Shown: in pieces, positions 55,066 through 64,000 of the stretch
Layout: each line of letters begins with the position of its first letter
Position numbering within the stretch: the first letter of the stretch is position 1
From: Vicugna vicugna
Taxonomy: Eukaryota
Assembly: GCA_013265495.1 (NCBI GenBank)
Contig: MU057398.1
Span: 186,001 to 250,000 of the forward strand
Length of the DNA stretch: 64,000 bases
Reading direction: 5' to 3'
The notes under the pieces: generated by a model
What the model was told of the DNA's origin: nothing
What the model saw: the letters and a program-made list of their open reading frames with translations, nothing else
The model's database searches: none
Position numbers and translations under genes: made by a program

Positions 55066-55809
55066 TAGTTCACCACACTGGTGGAGGCGGGTGCTTCTTA
55101 AGGACATAAGCTTTGTGCAGGGATGTGGGGGCTAGCATTGAGGCAAGTTGCAGAGTGCCAGAAGTTTCTTTCTCTCATATCCTGGCCACCTGGGCCTCGG
55201 CAAGCTCTGCCGATCTGGAGACACACGTGCGATTTATTTAAAGGTATTTGGTGTGATGATGCCAGAGGTGACCGCGGGGCCCGGCGGCCCTGCTGGGGGT
55301 TGGGAGGTACTGGTCAGTTGTGCACCTGCCTCCTCATGTCCCGGTCCAGTCTCAGTGAACCTCAGTCACAGGTGTGGTTAGCACAGTCCCCAAATGAGCT
55401 CTTCCTCTGTGCTTCTCTCCTGTTGCTTTTGTGGACCTAGTTCTTTCAGTAAAATCCATCGAGCAGGGTGGCGCTGGGAGCACAGGAGGCTGCTCAGCTG
55501 CTGAATGCAGAGACCCAGCCATCCCCACTCCCACCCTGCCTGGGCAGGCACAGGAGCACAGGCCAGTCCTTCCCAGAGCCAGACTCCTGGGGGCTCCCCA
55601 CACAGCAAGCTGCTCTAGTGTGCAGAGACCGGGCAGAGACTAGTAGGTGAACCAACTGTGGCAGTAGGGCAGCCTCCTCTTTGTCTCTGAGCAAAACTGT
55701 TCTAGTGCAAGGACTCATTGCATGGACCAAGGGACTCGTTTGGAAGGGAAGGATGAGTGGTTGTGGGGGGCTGGGGAAGGGGCCCATGGAATCTGTGTGT
55801 GCCCCCCAG

Positions 55810-56001
55810 GGCATTGCAGGGACTGACGTGGCCAAGGAGGCTTCGGACATCATCCTGACCGATGACAACTTCACCAGCATCGTCAAGGCAGTCATGTGGG
55901 GCCGCAACGTCTACGACAGCATCTCCAAGTTCCTGCAGTTCCAGCTGACTGTCAACGTGGTGGCCGTGATTGTGGCTTTCACAGGCGCCTGCATTACTCA
56001 G
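55810..56001 (+). CDS. ATP2B3: PMCA3 coding exon 15 (TM5)
   Basis: 192 bp; [64 protein letters not shown]. Confidence 0.98.
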
Positions 56002-56221
56002 GTAGGCACTGGGGGCCACTGTGCCCGAGGAGGCCCCTGAGCCCCTCCCACAACCGAGGGAGAGTGAAGGAGGCAGCTGGCTCCCTGGGCCCCTCCTGCC
56101 TCATGCACCCAGACTCCTGTGTGCAGAACAAGCCCAGGGGACCCTGCTCCCAGCAGTGTGAGGGCCAAAGAGCCCCTGTCCGAGGGCCCAGTTGTGGGAG
56201 TCAGGTTTTTCTTTGCTCCAG

Positions 56222-57135
56222 AGTTTTTTGGTTGAGAGAGAATTCATATACCAAAGAATCCACCGTATGAGTTTACAACTCAGTGATTTTTAAGTACGGT
56301 CACAATGTTGTGCAATCATCGCCTCTATGTAGTTCCAGAATGTTTTCATCACCCCAAAAGGAAACCAAGACCCCAAGAGAAGTCACTCCCCCGCCCCCCC
56401 CAGCCCCTTGCCCCCACACACCTGCTTTCTCTCTCTTCAGACTTACCTCTCCTGGACATTTCAGATAAATGGGATCAGAGCATGCGTGGTTGTGTCTGGC
56501 TTCTTGCCCTTAGCACAGTGTTTCCGAGGTCCATCCATGTTGTAGCAGGTACTTCATTCCCGTTGAAGGAGGACTGATGTTCCGTGGATGGAGAGAGCAC
56601 GTTGTGTCGATCAGTCCTCCATCAATGTGCATTTGGGTTGTTTCCACCCTTCGACTGCTATGAACACACGTGTGCAAGTCTGTGTGGATCTGCCTTTGCA
56701 CTTCTCTTGGGTCTGCTGGCAACTCCAGAGCTCACCTTCAGGGGCGCCTCTTCCCCTTTTCCAGTGGTCCAATTCTCCCCATTAGTGAGTGTCCAGAATT
56801 TGTCTCCCTTTCAAAGGTGTTTTTTAATTGAGATAAAATCCACATAACATAAACTCTCCCATAATAACCATTGTAATCATTTTGAAGTGTGCGATCTGAT
56901 GAGTCTTAGTGCATTCACAATCTTGTGCGACAGTCACCTCTATCTCTTTCCAGAACTTTCTCATCCCCCTTGTGCCCACTCAGCAGCCACTCCCCACTCT
57001 CCCCACCCCGGGCCCTTGGCGCCCGCTCATCTGCTTTCTGTCTCTGTGGATCTGTCAGTTCTGGAAGTTTCCTAGGAAAGGAATTGTACAGTATGTGGTC
57101 TTTTGTATCTGACCTCTGTGAGGCTCACTTTTAAC
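56222..57135 (-). mobile_element. Two adjacent antisense L1 3' end fragments (about 56222-56720 and 56820-57135)
   Basis: Each starts with a ttgag..aaa/aattca..ta motif and continues with ttccagaa..ttt..catc and ctgctttct...ctgga. Confidence 0.75.
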
Positions 57136-57490
57136 CCACTGAGAGGCTGTGAGAAGGAAGGTCCAGTGCAGTTTCTGCCTCTTCCCACCCCTCGGGTGTG
57201 CAAGACGGGAGAGCACGCATCCGCTGGGCTCTTGGATGGTCTGGGGCAACTGATGGGGGTGGGCAGCTTCCTGCTAACAATCTGGACCACACCTTCTCGA
57301 TCCCTGCCACCAGGTGAGCAAGGAAGGGAGACTGAGAGCATTTTAAGAGCAGGAATCTGAAAGCCCAGCGTGAACTCTCTGCTACCCTTAAGAAAACATA
57401 GGGATGGAGGTGGCACGTTGTTATGGGAAGGCTGGATTTGTTGCGTTTCACTTGAATTAAATGCCAATGACATTGCCCCCCCCAAGCTGA

Positions 57491-58012
<522 letters not shown>

Positions 58013-58263
58013 TGACATGAGGACGCTGTCCGCCTGTCTGGGGACCCTTGACCAGGAGGTGGCTTGGCTTCCAGCCCATGTTTCCAGGGGCAGACTCGAA
58101 GCTCAGTGCAGGGATGGTGTTTGCTGAGGGGCCAGAGTCACGGGTGGGGGCCCCCCAACATCAGCATCTACGGGTCCCCTTATGGGCTTTTCTGGAACTT
58201 CTCAGGAGCAGAAGCCTCTCATGGTTCCTCCTCCAGCTCGAGCCGGTGCACAAATGGGTCTGA

Positions 58264-58869
<606 letters not shown>

Positions 58870-59084
58870 TAGCTTCCACAGGGCTTGAGTGTGCCCGCCT
58901 CAGAACTGCCCTTCTCACAGATCCTTCCAGGTCTGCTCCTCCCATTTCTAGCCCTTGATTCCTTGGCAAGAGGCCACCATCACTCCAGAAGTTTCCTTTG
59001 GAGATGCTCTCTGTCCCTGGTGTTGACACCACAATGCTGTGGGCAGGCTGGTCAGTCAGCTCTCCATGAGGCACTGAGCAGTCA

Positions 59085-59590
59085 AAACAAGGGTGTCTTC
59101 ATGAACATGTGAGCTCTAGAGAGGCCTCCAGGTCAGGACAGTTTGTTTCTCACAGAGGAGGGGGCCTGCCACTCCATGGGGGACCACCAGAGGAAGCACC
59201 TGGGTTGATCAGTAGCAGAGAGAGGGTGGGGAACCCTGGGCGGGACAGAACCTTCACTGCGCTCTGTAGGGGAGGGCTGGGAAGGTGAGGTGAACAGGCT
59301 CAGGACATGACAGTGTGAATAATCTCCAGGCTCTGGGCTATAGGGCTGTCAACCTCATTGTCTGGGGCCTGGCCCTGGGTGATTAGGGCAGGGGCACAGT
59401 GGCCCAGAGTATGAGAGCCCAGAACAGAGAGATTGGAATGTGGGCTCTAGTTGGTCTGCAGTCGAAAAGCTCGTCCCTGGGAAGAGGACTCCTCCCACGG
59501 AGGGGCAGTGAGGCTGCAGGAGGCAAGGAAGGTGAGATGCGTTATCGAAGTATCTGGCATATGTATGTTAAACCATCACATTTACAGAAG
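59085..59590. mobile_element. Probable ERVL-type solo LTR relic (MER76-like)
   Basis: gtgaataat...ggctctggg.ctatagggctgtc...cctggccctgggtgattagggcagggg...tggcccagagt.tgagagccc resembles a recalled LTR consensus. Family not verified. Confidence 0.5.
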
Positions 59591-59940
59591 CCACAAGCAC
59601 TGCTAACACAGCTGAACCACGGCCAAAGGCTGGAAAAGGGACAGTTCAGGGCCCCTGCATCAGTGGGCATCTGGCACCCAGTGAAGCCACACGCCACCTG
59701 GCGTGGCCCCCACGGCCGGTGGTCAGCCAGTCTGGGAAGGCTTTTTTGCCCCCTGGTTTTGGGAGGAAGGAAGGGCAGGAGCCCAAAGCAAGGAAGACTC
59801 CCAGGGAATGGCTTGTCTACCTGAGTGAACCAAAAACCCCTCTGACTCCCAGAGCAGGGCACCAGGCCTGCAGGGCAGGGTGTGCCCCGAGGGCTGCGGA
59901 TGCCAGCCAGACCCACCTCCCTCCCGCCCCTCTCCTGCAG

Positions 59941-60048
59941 ATCGTCATCGTCCAGTTTGGCGGAAAGCCCTTCAGCTGCTCCCCGCTGTCTACGGAGCAG
60001 TGGCTCTGGTGCCTGTTTGTTGGTGTTGGGGAGCTGGTCTGGGGACAG
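59941..60048 (+). CDS. ATP2B3: PMCA3 coding exon 18 (TM10)
   Basis: 108 bp; [36 protein letters not shown]. Confidence 0.97.
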
Positions 60049-61622
60049 GTGAGTATCTGCCTTGGCAGCTCTCAGGGCGCCACCCCCTTCCTGTTTGTCC
60101 ATTCTGGGACAGCACTGGTGACGGGCACAATGCTGGGGAATTGTGGGCAGCCCAGGGGTCCCTGCCTGGCTCCCTACTCCGGATCCTTGGAGCCCACACC
60201 CGGGAAAGCCCGTGGTATGTTGGCAGGGGGGGCTGAACACCACGGGGCTCAGGCCGGGGACATGCCATTCCCTAAGTACCAGGCCACAAGTGACAGCATC
60301 CGCAGAGGGAACGCCAAGGGCCATGGCTGGGATGTCATAGGCCCCGGCAAAACCACCCGCCATTCCCCTTTCCATGGTAGGAGCTTGGGAAACACTCACC
60401 TATTTGAAACTAAACTGCACCTCGCTAAACCCTCCCCAGGGCAGAGGCTGGAGGGAAACGAGAACATTCTTTGACCTGACGAAGGGCAAGCCTTACACCT
60501 CAGGCTCTGCAGCTGTGGCTGCAGCCAGTTCACAGGGCCAAAGGTCCTATCAGGAAGGGAGACCTCGGTGCCGGGGCTGGGCAGATCCCAGGAAGGGCCA
60601 GACCAGGCCGTGGGCCCACAAGAGCCCTCTGACAGCCTTTCTCCAGAGTTCTAGAACATTAGTGTAGGAGGCTGAGTTCAGGATCCACTTTGTCCTGTAC
60701 CTTAGCCACCTCAGGCCCCCTCACAAACTACCCCACACCGGGCGGCTTCCGTGGCAGATGCTATTCTCTGGAGGCTGGAGGTCCAAGGTCACGCTTAGGT
60801 ACAGCAGGTCCAGGAGAGACCAGGCGCGAGCTCCCAGAGCCCTGCCAGCCAAGTTGTGGGACAGCGGCCTTTCTCCCGGCGGTGATAGGTGACAACACGC
60901 ACGGGCTGCTGTCACCAGGGACGCTCCCTGAGCGCTGCTGTCCAGGGACTTGATGGGGATCGGTCCTGGAGGCCCAGAGCACCCGCCCAGCTGACCTGAG
61001 TTCCTGGGTCCATGCACCCTGGAGGTCAAGCTGAGACGTGTGGCCCGAGGCCCCACCAGGAATCACGCCGTTGGCAGAGACTGCCTGGCAGGGCCCTCGG
61101 CCCCAGGCAAACAAGACCTTCTCATCAGGCAGGACATGCCAGGGCCTAGAGGTGCCCTCCCAGGAGCTGGGGTCCAAGGCCAGGCCTCTCTCTGCCTTAC
61201 ATGCCACGTAGGAAGGCCGCACTGGCTGCTCCTCTGCACGCTGATGGAGGTGGGCCCATGGACAGGGACATGGGGTCCCTGCAGGCCCCCGCCCAGGGCT
61301 CTGGGCTCCAGCTACATCACTGCCCCCTCACTGGGAAACGCTCCATGGCCCCCAGTGACCTCCGATCTCAGTACCCGCTTCCACAGGACTGCTTTCCGCC
61401 TGCTCGCTCCGCTTAAACACAGAAACCCGCAGTGTCCAGGGAAAGAGGCGGCCCCTCCGTCTGGGGAGCAGCTGCAGGCCCCCGGGGCTGCCCCTCAGGA
61501 AGATGCCGGAAGGCGGGGGGCATGGGCACCGGCTTTGGCGTGCGTCAGACAGAGGGGGACACTCTGGGCTCCTCTCCAGCCCCAGCAGAGCTTCCACCCC
61601 GAAAAGCACAGCCCAGCCCTGA

Positions 61623-61907
<285 letters not shown>

Positions 61908-64000
61908 TGAGGCGAGCCCGAGCCCAACAGGGATGCCCTGGGGCCTTGCTGCTACGACCACAAGGGCAGCTGCTGGGTGTGTCCAAAGACCATCGAGGCA
62001 CTGAGATGGCTTCTCCCTGACACCTCCCTCAGGGCCCAGGCGGCCCTCCCCGTAGTGCGCGCAGGTGTCAGCCAAGGGCATGCGGTGACTGAGAGCTGTG
62101 TCTCGGGGCAGTGGGGGCTGTTCGAATAGCTGCTGGGATTTGTTTTATTTGCTGGGAACTCTCCCAGGTCATGGGGAAGTGACATTCTCAGGATGAGGTA
62201 GGTGCTCATTTCAAATGGCCTTTGACGAGCTCACCACTGCTGGTTGAAGCCGAGGCAGTCAGCAGTAGTCCTCTCCAAAGTCAGGCGGTCACAGCGACCG
62301 CTCAGCTGCGGGCACTTGCGAAGGCTTCACGAGAGTCCCCCTGACAGAGCCACTCTTGCTCCCTGCCCCTAACTCTTCCCGGCCAGCCTTCTTGCCAGAA
62401 TATTGCACGCTCACTGTTTCCCCGAGGCTCTCCCTGGCCCTCACTGGTGACTCCACCACAGTCCGGTGTCTTCCCTCAACACTCGGAGGCAGTTCTCACC
62501 AAGGTCTGCTTGGAAGCTGCCTCCTAGCGCCTTTCCCTGAAGTGCGGTCAGCCCTGCTTTCCTGGCGGCCTGCTGTCCTTCCATCTCGCTGCCTGCTCCT
62601 CATCCTTGCTGGCCTGTGACTCCCACCTCCTGCTAAGACCTTGGTCTGTCCTGTTTCAGACTGTGCAGCTTGCTTGCTGAAAATCCCACGGACCAGGGGC
62701 GCTGGTCTCTGCTTGCCAATTCCTCACAGCCTGGCCCTCCCTTCAGTTTCCAGATGGCGACCAGGCACCCCTCATGCACCACCTCCTCCTCTGCCCGGCC
62801 AGGAACCCCAGAGTGCCACACCCACACCAAGAGGCACCACAGCACCCACCTTGGGCTCAGCTAAGCCCAGACCACAGGCACCACCACCCCGAGCACACCT
62901 CCTCCCAGCCCCCCAGCTCCTGATGGAGATGATTCTATTACTTCCACTGCCAGAGCCTCTTCTTGTCTCCACATCCACCTAGTGCCTTCGGCTCAGCTCC
63001 ACCCCCTTGCATGCACATCCCCAGTCCAGACACGCCCTCCCTGCACCCCTCACCCAAAGTCCTCCTGGCCCAGCCACCCATGTCTATGCCTGGAGGGAGG
63101 CTCCCTGTGTTCACCCTGAACACCTGCAGCCGCCTGGTGACACCCATCACACCCTGCCCTGCCCTTCCTGGGCTTCCTCCTGCCTGGCCACTGGCCTCTG
63201 GCTATGCTCTGTCCGGGACCCCCAGCCCCTGCCCTGACCCAGCTCCAATTGCTCCTTTTCCTGGGGATTCCACCATGCACCCAGCCCAGCCCTTCTCTGG
63301 AGTTTAGGCAACTTCCTGCCGTGGTCCCCTTGGTCTGGGCAAGACCTGAGACCACACCTCTCCCCAGTGTTTGCCTGTAGAGTCACACATGATCACAGGC
63401 TCATTCCAAAGAATCTTCCATGCAAGGCACACAAAGCGCCTCCCAGTGCACGGCTGCTCCCACACAACCCCCAGGAGGCCAGCCTCTGGGCTCCCCTCCT
63501 CTCCTCCCCCAACAGAAGCTCCACTGAGTTTTGCTCAGCGCAGCCCCTCCAACACCACCTCCTGCTCTGTGGCCCGTGTAGCCTCTCTCCTCATCCTAAG
63601 GGTGAAGTCCAGGGTCCTGACCGTGGCCTTCAAGCCTCTGCCCCTTGACATTTCCCCCAACACCCTGTGCCCCGTAACCCCTGCTGCCTTTCCAGATGCC
63701 TGCTCTGCTTGCCCACTTGGCTCAGTGTCTATGTTGGCCACTGTCTTGGCCTCAGGCCTCCCCAGGCCCCACTGCATCCCCCGGGGGTCCCTCTCATCCT
63801 ACAGCAGCCTGCTCAAAGGCTGCTGCCTAGTGAAGCCTTCTCAGAGTCCTCTCCGTCCCGCCAATGCAGCACACATGCTTACGACAGCCAGTTCTACATG
63901 CGGGATCTGTGCTCCCAGCCCAAGGCACTGGAATCAGTGAGGTGCAGACTGCCCCGGGGAACCTTCCAAGGCTGCAGAGCCCGGGCTGCCCGGAGCTCCG

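Overview
This is mammalian genomic DNA carrying the BGN-ATP2B3 gene pair, which is syntenic with human Xq28. The species is probably an artiodactyl, and one tRNA-derived SINE suggests a camelid. The + strand holds the complete coding part of biglycan (BGN; 7 coding exons, 3512-7649, 369 aa, polyA signal near 8659). A CpG-island promoter follows at about 15.6-16.5 kb, then 19 coding exons of plasma-membrane Ca2+-ATPase 3 (ATP2B3/PMCA3; 35543-61829, 1114 codons). The C-terminal exons of ATP2B3 lie beyond the window. The rest is intronic or intergenic, with old L1/L2/MIR/MLT/MER relics, microsatellites and a 990-N gap. Most ORF-track entries are chance ORFs in GC-rich DNA, and I see no new multi-gene system. 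The best unexplained signals are: (1) a 150-bp, 96% identical inverted duplicate about 40.5 kb apart that brackets the 5' half of ATP2B3; (2) a candidate in-frame 126-nt cassette exon at PMCA splice site A; (3) a divergent, near-palindromic CTCF motif pair in the last BGN intron; (4) a 180-bp tandem duplication; (5) splice-dependent uORFs in the ATP2B3 leader. Repeat family names and orthologue comparisons are from memory, not from database searches.
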